A stretch of 64,000 nucleotides of DNA, taken from NCBI GenBank assembly GCA_050115675.1, contig JASFQB010000004.1, positions 71,601 to 135,600 on the forward strand, in the 5' to 3' direction. Positions 15,624 through 24,613 of the stretch are shown one piece after another. The position numbers and the translations under genes are program-made. Origin of the DNA: Candidatus Woesebacteria bacterium (lineage in GTDB: Bacteria > Patescibacteriota > Saccharimonadia > Saccharimonadales > EFPC-124). Position 1 is the stretch's first letter. Every line of letters begins with the position of its first letter. The notes under the pieces were generated by a model. That model did no database searches and had not been told where the DNA came from. It worked only from the letters and a program-made list of their open reading frames with translations.

Positions 15624-18320
15624 CTACAAGCTATGCACCTTTGATTCAGTTTGTGCTTCTTGCTGCTTATTAATTTTTCGAGCAGGTGGCCTTTTCCTTA
15701 CCTCGCCCGTTATTGTAAGTAGCTGCTCTATCTGTTTCTCGACGGAAGCTTTAGGCTTAGCGTAGAGCTTCCGGCTGCTTTTGACAACTTGCTTTGCAGT
15801 GCTACTAGATTCATCTACTTCAAGAGGTACGGTCTGCCCCGAAAATGCGTCCTCACTCTCGTCACCTGTAACCTTCATGTAGAAATGATACGGCGCAAGG
15901 TTCACAATGTCACCCTTTTCAACCTCGGGCTTCATGTATGGCAATATGAAGTCCTCGTCCTCTGGGTTAGCCTTAAGGCAAATAATCGTTGCTGCGTTCC
16001 CGGCGATTACTTTCACTAGGTCTTTATCTTCCATTTGTGCGATGTTCTGGTGTGACACGATCAGTGAAACATGGAACTTGCGCCCTTCGCTGGTGATTGC
16101 GCCAAACTGTGGCGTAGCAAAGTTTTGGAACTCATCTACGTACACAAAGAAGTCGCGCCGTTTCTTTTCAGGTATCTTGGTCCGCTGGTATGCTGCCATC
16201 CAGATGAGCGCCGTCAGAATTGTGCCGAAGAATTCACTCTGGTCTTCACCGATGTCACCTTTAGATAGGTTCACGAGCAGGATTTTACCTTCATTCATAA
16301 TGTCAGCAATTCGCACAGTCGTTTCTTCTTGCAGCAGGATGTGCCGCGACATTTTGCTAGTAATGAAATGCCCCAATCTATGGGTAAGTGGCGCAGTAGC
16401 AGCCGACATTTGCATGCTACCCATCATCTTGAATTCTTTTTCCCAGAATTGTTTGAGTACGGGGTCTTTAAGCGTTTTAGCTACTTCTTTTTGGTATTTC
16501 TTGTCGGTTAGTAATTGCTGCAAGGTGTAGAGACTGGGCTTTGGAGTTTGCAACGCCGTAAGCGTAGTATTGCGCAGGATGTGTTCCATGCGCGGCCCCC
16601 ATTGTGCTTCGTCGGACAGTTTCTTGAATACAGACAAGACGGCACTGGTAATCCAATCGTGTTTGCTGTCTTCATTTTCAAAATCAATACCAGGGTCGAG
16701 GATGTTCAGCCCAACGGGATGGTCACGATCGGATGGATCGAGTACGACTACATCTTTACGGCGGTTTTCTGGCACGATGGCAAGTAACTCGCGTAACATA
16801 TCACCATGCGGATCAAGGACGGCTAGGCCTTTGCCGTTGAGCATATCTTGGTAGATGGAGCTTTTCAGCAGGGTTGTTTTACCTGTACCAGTTTTTCCAA
16901 TGATGTAGGTGTGCTTTTGGCGCTGCTCTAACGTCATACCAATTTCTTGTATCTCGCCACCAAAGAGGTTTGCGCCAACAGTAACATCCAGTTTTGTTTC
17001 GCTGTGCTTAATAGATAGTGGCGTGGCTAGCTCACGACTGCGGCTCTTCACTAGGCCTTCTGTTTTGGTGAGATCGGTGTTTGGGAAGTGATAGAGGTCG
17101 GCTAGTTCTGAGGCGGAGAGGATAGTTTGCTGGGTGAAGATGTGGCGAAGTAGTGAACGATTGCGGAACCGAGCGATCCATCTATCCGCAGTATTGATGA
17201 ACGGCAAACAGCTTCGAGTTTCAATCCGCTGGTAGGTGCTAGAAAACGTGTCAAACGAAGACGTAATGGCATTGATGCGCGTCTGGTTTTCACTGGCGTC
17301 CTGCGAAGCAATAAGGACTCTCATAGATATCTCGAACAACTGTTGATCTAGTTTTTGCTTAATGGCTTTGCCAAGCTCCTGCTCGTATGGATTGTCGGCT
17401 GGTTTCTTGTGGCCACTTTTCCAATCCGCAGGCAGATCATTGGTCGTAATCGCCTCGATTACTCCTGCAACGATCTTTGCGCCCATTGCTATAAGCCAAA
17501 ACGGTGCTAGTAATGCCCGAAGCATAATGCGCGGCGCGTTAATCTTGTACTTGGTTAACTTTGGCGTAAGCTGCTTGTTGAGCGCGATTCTGTGCTCGGT
17601 GTTTCGTGTGTGTCGCAGTTCATTAGGGTGCGTGTTGCTAAAAACAGGTACGGCAACTATCTGAAAGGCAATTAGCGCATCGGTTGGCAGGCTGCGCATG
17701 TGGCCAGTGAGGTACGCTATAGGATCATGCTCGTCCAAGGTTTTGTGGTCGCCTAGCGGTAGCACAAAGTCGCTTGCAAGTTTTAGCTCGGCTATGCTGG
17801 TGGGAATGCTTCCCGAGTCGGGCAAGTAGTCATTAACCTCTGCGATTTTAAGGCCGGGCAGATATGACAATAACGTGCGTTTTACGGTTTCAACCTCGCG
17901 CTTGGGTATACGGATGACGTACCGGATACCTCCGTCGCGAGTCGCAACCAGCTCCAAAGAATACGGTTGCTTGCGTGCGGCCAGATTATCCCAAAAGCCG
18001 TAGTATTTCACCATGCTGCGCATCAGGATATGCAACTGCTCGGTCGCATAGGCAGATTTAGAAGTGTCTGCCGGAAATGTGAGCTGCAAAAAAGTATACT
18101 CAGGCTCCGCGTTGCCAATGCCAAAACGACGCAGGGCAAAGGATAAAAACGTACGAGAGTATTGCCCGAGTTTTATAAGGAGGTAGATGATAACGTAGGC
18201 GACGCCAAATTCAAACAGAAATGCACCAATGACAACAACCAGTGTCCAGCCGTCACTTAAGTGATGTTCTTGCGTATAGCGAACGGGGCCGTTAATTATT
18301 GTGTCCAGAATACCCGGCAT
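15624..18320 (-). CDS. membrane-anchored TraD/VirD4/FtsK-HerA-superfamily P-loop ATPase (coupling-protein or DNA-translocase-like)
   Basis: N-terminal TM segments. Walker A YIIGKTGTGKTTLL. Walker B FFVYVDEFQNF. SLIVSHQNIAQM also present. Confidence 0.7.
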   Translation of the reverse strand: MPGILDTIINGPVRYTQEHHLSDGWTLVVVIGAFLFEFGVAYVIIYLLIKLGQYSRTFLSFALRRFGIGNAEPEYTFLQLTFPADTSKSAYATEQLHILMRSMVKYYGFWDNLAARKQPYSLELVATRDGGIRYVIRIPKREVETVKRTLLSYLPGLKIAEVNDYLPDSGSIPTSIAELKLASDFVLPLGDHKTLDEHDPIAYLTGHMRSLPTDALIAFQIVAVPVFSNTHPNELRHTRNTEHRIALNKQLTPKLTKYKINAPRIMLRALLAPFWLIAMGAKIVAGVIEAITTNDLPADWKSGHKKPADNPYEQELGKAIKQKLDQQLFEISMRVLIASQDASENQTRINAITSSFDTFSSTYQRIETRSCLPFINTADRWIARFRNRSLLRHIFTQQTILSASELADLYHFPNTDLTKTEGLVKSRSRELATPLSIKHSETKLDVTVGANLFGGEIQEIGMTLEQRQKHTYIIGKTGTGKTTLLKSSIYQDMLNGKGLAVLDPHGDMLRELLAIVPENRRKDVVVLDPSDRDHPVGLNILDPGIDFENEDSKHDWITSAVLSVFKKLSDEAQWGPRMEHILRNTTLTALQTPKPSLYTLQQLLTDKKYQKEVAKTLKDPVLKQFWEKEFKMMGSMQMSAATAPLTHRLGHFITSKMSRHILLQEETTVRIADIMNEGKILLVNLSKGDIGEDQSEFFGTILTALIWMAAYQRTKIPEKKRRDFFVYVDEFQNFATPQFGAITSEGRKFHVSLIVSHQNIAQMEDKDLVKVIAGNAATIICLKANPEDEDFILPYMKPEVEKGDIVNLAPYHFYMKVTGDESEDAFSGQTVPLEVDESSSTAKQVVKSSRKLYAKPKASVEKQIEQLLTITGEVRKRPPARKINKQQEAQTESKVHSL

Positions 18321-18435
18321 TATTAGTAAACCCTGTTTAAGCCTGACAAAACAGCAAAATCCACCGCATCTATTGCTATCTTATATTCATAGTAGCATCT
18401 CTGTTAATTTGACGGCAATATATCATGGTGTTTTA

Positions 18436-19221
18436 ATGAAAAATATGAGAGACAACAGCTATACCTCTGAAATTGTGAGTAACGGTAAAAAACTTATTCT
18501 GCTTGTAGCGAAGCTAGAAGACGATCGTCCAGTGACGCCTGATATAGAGCAAATGGTAAAGCAGGCTTTTGGTAGAGTTTCAAAATACCTCAAGAAAGAA
18601 GTCAGCATTTTATATATCCGTGACAATTTTGAGCAAGTTGTCAAAGACAATATGTATTGGGGTATCAATATTACCAACCCCCACGAGGTATTTATAGCTA
18701 TGCCACGATGGGGCGATGATCAGGTGCAAAGCGAACACCTAGCCTTGGCTATTAACGAGGCGTGCTACAGCCTGGTGCGTGCTCAGCGTATCGGTGTGCC
18801 ATTTCTTTTTGGCGACGAAGTTCTTAGTAGAGGTTTTGCAGCGCTATACGCCGAAAACGTTACGGGCTACGAGTATCCAACTAGCCAGGAGCTTAAAAAG
18901 TATATGCGGCGCATGATATTTCGTAGATGGTATAGGTTCCATGCCGGGCACAACAAGTCATGGAGTGTAAAACAGGGCGATCTCCGTATGGCTACCCTTG
19001 TAGGCTATGAATTAGCCCAGACAATATGCGGCGATGATGACCCAAAGACATTTTGCCTAGAAGAGTCTGTGAAGTTATTCGGCATTTTCCGAACGCAAGA
19101 TATATTGTGGGCTCTAGTTCATCCAAAACGAAGACGAAGCGCACGCATCTTGGAAGGTAAAGCACGTAGGCCAACCACCATAAAGGATGTGGTGCTAAGG
19201 CTACTGCCTACATACCTTTAA
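18436..19221 (+). CDS. hypothetical protein (261 aa)
   Basis: Start chosen at MKNMRDNSY. The track start at 18301 overlaps the ATPase start region. No motif recognised. Confidence 0.5.
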   Translation: MKNMRDNSYTSEIVSNGKKLILLVAKLEDDRPVTPDIEQMVKQAFGRVSKYLKKEVSILYIRDNFEQVVKDNMYWGINITNPHEVFIAMPRWGDDQVQSEHLALAINEACYSLVRAQRIGVPFLFGDEVLSRGFAALYAENVTGYEYPTSQELKKYMRRMIFRRWYRFHAGHNKSWSVKQGDLRMATLVGYELAQTICGDDDPKTFCLEESVKLFGIFRTQDILWALVHPKRRRSARILEGKARRPTTIKDVVLRLLPTYL

Positions 19222-19447
19222 ATAGTTCTTCTACAGAAGCCCCAAGCCCTTTAGCAATAGCTCCAATCACAATAAGCGAGCTATTTTGCTCCCCTCGCTC
19301 AATGCGACCAATATAGGTCATGTCTAGGCCACACTTATCGCCTAGGCCTTCTTGTGTAAGCCCACGTTCAAGCCGGAGCTGCCGAACTCGCTTTCCGAAC
19401 TTTTTTACAATAGGCTTTATCATTACTTCTAGAGTAACCAGATACAT
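19208..19447 (-). CDS. XRE-family helix-turn-helix regulator (second copy)
   Basis: FGKRVRQLRLERGLTQEGLGDKCGLDMTYIGRIERGEQNSSLIVIGAIAKGL. The true start may be the internal MIKPIV. Confidence 0.8.
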   Translation of the reverse strand: MYLVTLEVMIKPIVKKFGKRVRQLRLERGLTQEGLGDKCGLDMTYIGRIERGEQNSSLIVIGAIAKGLGASVEELFKGM

Positions 19448-19493
19448 ATAATTACTCTACGGACGATATGTATTATTTTATCTGTAAAAACGC

Positions 19494-19522
19494 TTGCAAA
19501 GAAAATTCGTTTAGCCTATTAT
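19494..19522 (+). promoter_or_regulatory. sigma70-type promoter in the 370-bp intergenic region
   Basis: TTGCAA (19494-19499), 17 nt, TATTAT (19517-19522). Confidence 0.5.
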
Positions 19523-19599
19523 AAAAATAAGCTTCGCAATTGAAGCGAACAATTTAGAAGGCCTAACCCGTATCTTTTAGATATGGTATGGTCTAAAAT

Positions 19600-19638
19600 C
19601 CTGACAGATACTGATCCCGTCGTTCAGCATCTGTCAGG
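19600..19638. repeat. inverted repeat CCTGACAGAT / ATCTGTCAGG (extends to 14 bp with one mismatch)
   Basis: Arms at 19600-19609 and 19629-19638, with inner CTGA/TCAG. A third CCTGACAG copy lies at 19723-19730. Confidence 0.75.
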
Positions 19639-19817
19639 TCATGCGCCGAAAGGTTCATGGGGTGAAAGCCCGCTGGCGGCGGGTTCTGTGTTTTAAAACT
19701 TCGTCGCCATAATACAAGAAAGCCTGACAGCAATTATGACGAAACGACTAAAGGCAGTCGCTGCGACTGCTATTTATTTTGCGCTTTTTTCTGGCAAACA
19801 TTTGGTGGAGTGTGGCT

Positions 19818-20258
19818 ATGCACGGTTTGCGTGTTGAAAGATTGCGCCCGCAAAAAGGCTTGCCCTACGATCTTGCACGCCATATATGCAATGATAGCCT
19901 TCCTGGCAAGATAGTTGTAGTTGCAGATAGGCCACTAAGCCTTCTGTCTACAACCCGCAAACAGTGGCTGCGTCTTATTCGCAGAGTCGAGATCGAGCGC
20001 GCCAGGATACTCAACGCAAAGCAGCGCGAAGAATTCTCTGACCAAATTCGCTGGATGAATAACTTGCGCTTTAGTGCCAAGCCGCCAACGGATTTATTAG
20101 AAGCTGATGTTACTTTTGCTACTGTGGAGCGCTTGGTTCTGTATGCGCCGGACTGCACCACGATGTATGTGACCTGCGATATTCCTCGCGAAATGCTACA
20201 CATCATAACAAGCTGGATGCCGCGACGAGGCTTAGTAGTGATTTATGGACAAGACTAA
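19818..20258 (+). CDS. hypothetical protein (146 aa)
   Basis: Start chosen at MHGLRVERL, preceded by GGTGGAG. The track start at 19779 lies inside a terminator-like T-tract. Overlaps the RadC-like gene by 14 nt. Confidence 0.5.
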   Translation: MHGLRVERLRPQKGLPYDLARHICNDSLPGKIVVVADRPLSLLSTTRKQWLRLIRRVEIERARILNAKQREEFSDQIRWMNNLRFSAKPPTDLLEADVTFATVERLVLYAPDCTTMYVTCDIPREMLHIITSWMPRRGLVVIYGQD

Positions 20259-20628
20259 GCCACTACTAACAGTTGAGGATATATTGCCGTATCTTAAATT
20301 CATTAGGAATAAACGGCAGGAATATACGATTTGCTTATCTTTAGATAGCGGTCAAAGGCTTATAGCTCGTAGAGTCGTGACAATTGGGACGCTAACCGCG
20401 TCGCTTGTTCATCCAAGGGAAATATTCGCCGGGCCACTCAAAGACAGAGCAGCCAGCATAATTGTTGCGCATAACCATCCGTCGGGTGATCCAAGGCCAA
20501 GCAGAACTGATTTGAAAACAACGCAGCATCTTGTTGCGGGCGGAATACTATTAGGCGTTTGTTTGAGGGATCATATTATTGTGGCGAAGGAGGAGTATTA
20601 TAGTTTTAGCCAGAGCGGCTTGGTATAA
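20245..20628 (+). CDS. RadC-like JAB/MPN domain protein
   Basis: AHNHPSGDPRPSRTDLKTT is a JAMM motif (HxHPx6Sx2D). The form is short and JAB-only. Confidence 0.8.
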   Translation: MDKTKPLLTVEDILPYLKFIRNKRQEYTICLSLDSGQRLIARRVVTIGTLTASLVHPREIFAGPLKDRAASIIVAHNHPSGDPRPSRTDLKTTQHLVAGGILLGVCLRDHIIVAKEEYYSFSQSGLV

Positions 20629-20675
20629 ATGTGATAGTGCTAAGAAACACCGATACGTGATACTATAGAATTAAG

Positions 20676-21695
20676 ATGAAGTACGCGCGAACAAAGAAAT
20701 TGACCTTTTTCAATAACAAAGGAGGAGTTGGTAAAACAACTCTTGCCTTCAACTGTGCCGTTGAATTTGCTCAGCGTGGCTACAAAACTGTTCTCGTTGA
20801 CCTTGACCCTCAGTGTAATCTGACGCGTCTTGCGCTTGGTGATGAATATTATGAAAACACAATATTTTCAGCAACCTCTAAAAGTATCTATGATGTTTTA
20901 AGTGGCGTCGTTAGAGGTGGTGGAGATGTAGATGGCAAGGTGGCTTTTGAACCAGCAAAGGATGGTTCGGGAAACTTATTCTTGTTACGTGGAGATTTGC
21001 GGCTTTCAGAGTATGAGAACTTATTGTCTACCGCCTATAACCAAGCGGCCGCTGGACAGCAGATCGGTTACTTCCAAACAAGCGCCATTGACCGTTTCTT
21101 AAGAGAAAAAGGTTTGAATGATCAGATAGATATCTTTATTATTGACACTTCCCCTAACCTCAACCTATTGAATCGCGTGATTTTCTTGGGATCTGATTAT
21201 TTTGTAGTACCCGTAATGCCGGATGCTTTCAGCCTCCAGGGCATCGAGAACTTAGGTACCATTTTTGAACAATGGAAGATAAACTGGAAAAACACTGGCA
21301 AGGCACTATCAGGTGATATCGAGAACAAATATGTTCTTGGCAGTGAAGGCCTATTCATCGGTTATATTCTTAATTCCTACAACGTATATGGCAAGCAGCC
21401 CATCAAGGATCATCGTAAATGGATAAACCAAATACCTTCTAATGTTAAGACGTATCTTTCAGAGAAACACTGTAAGAATGGCTTAGTGGCCGCAAGCGCC
21501 GAAAAGTCTCTGCATGATATTCAGGATTATGGTCGTATCCCGGCCCTATGTCAGGAGTATGGCAAGGCAATTTTTGATATCGATCCAGCTAAAGTTGAAG
21601 CGAACCAGATTGGCACACGAGATAACATCGAGAAGGCCAAAGAAGAGTTCGGCGAACTTGCTGAAAATATTTTGACCATATTAGCTAAGTACTAG
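20676..21695 (+). CDS. ParA/Soj-family P-loop ATPase
   Basis: Deviant Walker A FFNNKGGVGKTTLA, then LVDLDPQCN and IIDTSPN. Confidence 0.8.
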   Translation: MKYARTKKLTFFNNKGGVGKTTLAFNCAVEFAQRGYKTVLVDLDPQCNLTRLALGDEYYENTIFSATSKSIYDVLSGVVRGGGDVDGKVAFEPAKDGSGNLFLLRGDLRLSEYENLLSTAYNQAAAGQQIGYFQTSAIDRFLREKGLNDQIDIFIIDTSPNLNLLNRVIFLGSDYFVVPVMPDAFSLQGIENLGTIFEQWKINWKNTGKALSGDIENKYVLGSEGLFIGYILNSYNVYGKQPIKDHRKWINQIPSNVKTYLSEKHCKNGLVAASAEKSLHDIQDYGRIPALCQEYGKAIFDIDPAKVEANQIGTRDNIEKAKEEFGELAENILTILAKY

Positions 21696-21711
21696 TCGTA
21701 TTCAGTGCGGT

Positions 21712-22800
21712 ATGATTATACACCTCAAAGGCCGCAAGCACTACGAAGATCTGTATGACAAAATAACTGTCGACATTGGTCGCCGTGAGGCGGGTTGCCT
21801 GCTTCAATCACGCGATCAATTGTACAAAAAGATTAAAACGGACAATAAAGACGACGTAAACGTTATGGAATTCTGGTGGGAGCGATTCTACTGGTGGCTT
21901 GTTGAGTTGCCGTACCTACTACCTCGATGGGAAGAGCGAGAACAAACAATAAAATCGTGGATGGCCGACGATCGTGCGCTTGACGAGCGCCTTGCCGCCG
22001 CTCGACCGTGTGTCGAGCCGGTCTGCGAGCATTGTAATGGGTCCGGTCTGAGATTGACCGATAAAATGTTCATGTACAGAGATGGTAGTTCAGAAAAGCA
22101 AATAATCTTCATATTCAAATGTACTCCATGCAAAAAGCGCACAATATATTGGGAAGACGGTTCTGTATGGATAACCCCGGTAACGCCTTGCCCAAAGTGC
22201 AAGTCGCCGTTAGATATGGACGTCAAAACCAAGGGGCGCATGATGACGACAACGCTAACCTGCACCAAATGCAGCCATAAAGACATCGAACGCACCACAC
22301 TAGGAAAACATAAAGAAGAGGTAGACCCGAACTTTGAGTGCGACAGAAAGATTTTCTGTTTAAGCGAAGAGCGAGCCAGAACAATGCAAGCCTATCGGCC
22401 AAAGTGGGAAGACGGTATGCGTATGCTTGATGAGGAGATGGAACGGGATGCACATAAAGAAGTATATGCGGCAGTAGCAAGGATTGAGCGTCTTAAGATT
22501 CCGCAAGTTATTGAGCGCTTGCGTCCTGCTATAGAGGCTGCGGGTTACGCCGAGGTAGCATTTGATAAACCAGAGCTCGGCGGTTATGTGACCGTTGGCT
22601 TTAGCTGTATGGACAGCCGTTCTGACCGCGATGACGCTAAGAGTCGCAAAGAACTCAAGAAGGTTGTCGGCGAAACACTGTCCGAAACAAACTGGCAACT
22701 TATGTCTGACGGCATTTCGTATAGGCTTGGCTATCTGACTGGCAGGCTTCGTGCGTACGAGGATGAGACTGATTTAATTAAGCTTATTTCGGCTTTGTAA
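21712..22800 (+). CDS. hypothetical protein (362 aa) with tandem zinc ribbons
   Basis: CEHCNGSG, CTPCKKR, CPKCKSP and CTKCSH. Starts 16 nt after parA-like, so probably the same operon. Confidence 0.55.
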   Translation: MIIHLKGRKHYEDLYDKITVDIGRREAGCLLQSRDQLYKKIKTDNKDDVNVMEFWWERFYWWLVELPYLLPRWEEREQTIKSWMADDRALDERLAAARPCVEPVCEHCNGSGLRLTDKMFMYRDGSSEKQIIFIFKCTPCKKRTIYWEDGSVWITPVTPCPKCKSPLDMDVKTKGRMMTTTLTCTKCSHKDIERTTLGKHKEEVDPNFECDRKIFCLSEERARTMQAYRPKWEDGMRMLDEEMERDAHKEVYAAVARIERLKIPQVIERLRPAIEAAGYAEVAFDKPELGGYVTVGFSCMDSRSDRDDAKSRKELKKVVGETLSETNWQLMSDGISYRLGYLTGRLRAYEDETDLIKLISAL

Positions 22801-22855
22801 AGCCTCTCCAGAGTATAATGTAGACAAGCCAGCAAACCTAGGAGACCTATACCGT

Positions 22856-24613
22856 ATGAATATTCGTAGAATTGAAATCAGTAATTTCAGAGGCATCAAA
22901 GAGTCTACATGGGTGATCCCAGATGATCGCAAGTTTATTTGCTTAATTGGCCCAGGCGATAGCGGAAAGACCGCGCTACTTGATGCCATACACTATACGC
23001 TTGGTGATCGCTGGAGACTAAGCATCTCAGACACCGATTTTTATAACTGCGATACCGCTAATCCTATCTGCATCCGAGCAGTTATAGCGGATATACCTAA
23101 AGAGCTACTCAAGGAATCGGCTTTTGGGTTGCACTTAAGCGGGATCGATGACGAGGGCAACTTGCATCAAGATCCTGAAGATGGGCTCAAGGCGTGCTTA
23201 ATAATACAGCTCAAGGTCGATGAAACGCACGAACCTATCTGGTCGGTCGAACGAGTTGATGGTTCTGATGGTGTAGAAATTCGATCGAGCCAGCGGCATT
23301 ATCTTGCGACGTTCAAGGTTGATGAGCGAGCTGACGTTCATTTAAGGTGGACATCGACCTCGGCATTAGGCAGACTATCGCACGACAAGAATAGCGCTGT
23401 CCGCGCTATGGCCAGCGCAGCGCGTGCAGCTAGCAAAGCAATCTCGGAACATGAAGACGCTGAGCTAGCTAAGCTTACGGATCAAGTACAAGCAAAGATC
23501 AACGAGGCGGGTGGAGGCAGCTTCTCTTCAATTAAGCCGGGGCTAGACACGTCGTTATCTTCAGTTGGCGGAAATTTAGCCCTGTACGAAGCGGATATAC
23601 CTCTCACAAATTACGGCCTGGGCACTCGGAGGATATCAGGCCTTGCCGTGCAGCAGATTGCTGCCTCTAATAAATCCCTACTCTTAGTAGACGAGATTGA
23701 AACAGGCCTTGAGCCTCATCGGCTGGTTAGGTTGATCCACTATCTTCGAGAAGATAAGGCATATTCTCAGGTCTTCATAACTACACATTCACCTGTTGCG
23801 GTGGAACAGGCTCTTACTGAAAATCTAGCTGTAGTCCGTAGTAATGACGACGGAGTTACAAACGTAGCATTCTTACCTGATGGCACTGGAACCGCCTTAA
23901 AGTTGCGTCGATCGCGACCGTCATCCTTCTTAGCCAATCGAATACTTGTGGTTGAGGGTAAAACTGAAGAGGGGCTATTGCTCCATTCTGTAACGACATG
24001 GGATAAAGAAAGAATACGAACGGGACTTCCAGTTGCGGCAGGAGAAGGATCTGTGATTCAAGACGGCCAAGGTGGCTCGGACGCTCCCCTTCGGGCAATA
24101 GCTCTGTCGGAGCTAGGTTACGATGTCGCGGTTTTCATCGATAATGATGATTCATCCGTAGACGAGCATGTAGCGGCTGCGCAGGGCCTAGGTATCAATG
24201 TTATAAGGTGGGAAAAAGACAACAACACCGAACGGCAAATCATATTTTCACTCGAGGCCCAAGAGCTTAACAGTTTTCTACTGCTTGCTAAAAGCACCAG
24301 AGGTGATGAGACGACCGTACTCAATGATCTTCACTCTGCCGGTCTCCCTGTAGAGTGCACTACCTTAGATGTGGGTGATTGGAGCGCTCACGGTGTTAGC
24401 ACCGACGATGCAAAGCAATATGTAGCAAAAGCAGCCGCACATAAAGATCGGAGCTGGTTTAAGACGGTCGATGGCGGCAAGCTTCTGGGCGGTTGGATCG
24501 AAGAAAATAGTCCGCAGTTTAACAGCACAGTAGTTAGAGAAAAGCTCGAAGAGGTGAAAAACTTTCTCTATCCGACGCAAGAGCAAGCCGAGACGGAAGA
24601 TGTGGGAGAATAA
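22856..24613 (+). CDS. gajA: Gabija GajA-like OLD-family ATPase/TOPRIM nuclease
   Basis: MNIRRIEISNFRGIK..LIGPGDSGKTALLDAI (ABC-type P-loop). LLLVDEIETGLEP (Walker B) and FITTHSP. TOPRIM ILVVEGKTEEGLL and VFIDNDDS. Confidence 0.8.
   Translation: MNIRRIEISNFRGIKESTWVIPDDRKFICLIGPGDSGKTALLDAIHYTLGDRWRLSISDTDFYNCDTANPICIRAVIADIPKELLKESAFGLHLSGIDDEGNLHQDPEDGLKACLIIQLKVDETHEPIWSVERVDGSDGVEIRSSQRHYLATFKVDERADVHLRWTSTSALGRLSHDKNSAVRAMASAARAASKAISEHEDAELAKLTDQVQAKINEAGGGSFSSIKPGLDTSLSSVGGNLALYEADIPLTNYGLGTRRISGLAVQQIAASNKSLLLVDEIETGLEPHRLVRLIHYLREDKAYSQVFITTHSPVAVEQALTENLAVVRSNDDGVTNVAFLPDGTGTALKLRRSRPSSFLANRILVVEGKTEEGLLLHSVTTWDKERIRTGLPVAAGEGSVIQDGQGGSDAPLRAIALSELGYDVAVFIDNDDSSVDEHVAAAQGLGINVIRWEKDNNTERQIIFSLEAQELNSFLLLAKSTRGDETTVLNDLHSAGLPVECTTLDVGDWSAHGVSTDDAKQYVAKAAAHKDRSWFKTVDGGKLLGGWIEENSPQFNSTVVREKLEEVKNFLYPTQEQAETEDVGE

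Noticed and set aside
15789-17664. Plus-strand ORFs, including a 207-aa ORF at 15907-16530, inside the ATPase gene.
   Set aside because: They are antisense to a gene with clear Walker motifs, and they have no RBS and no motifs.
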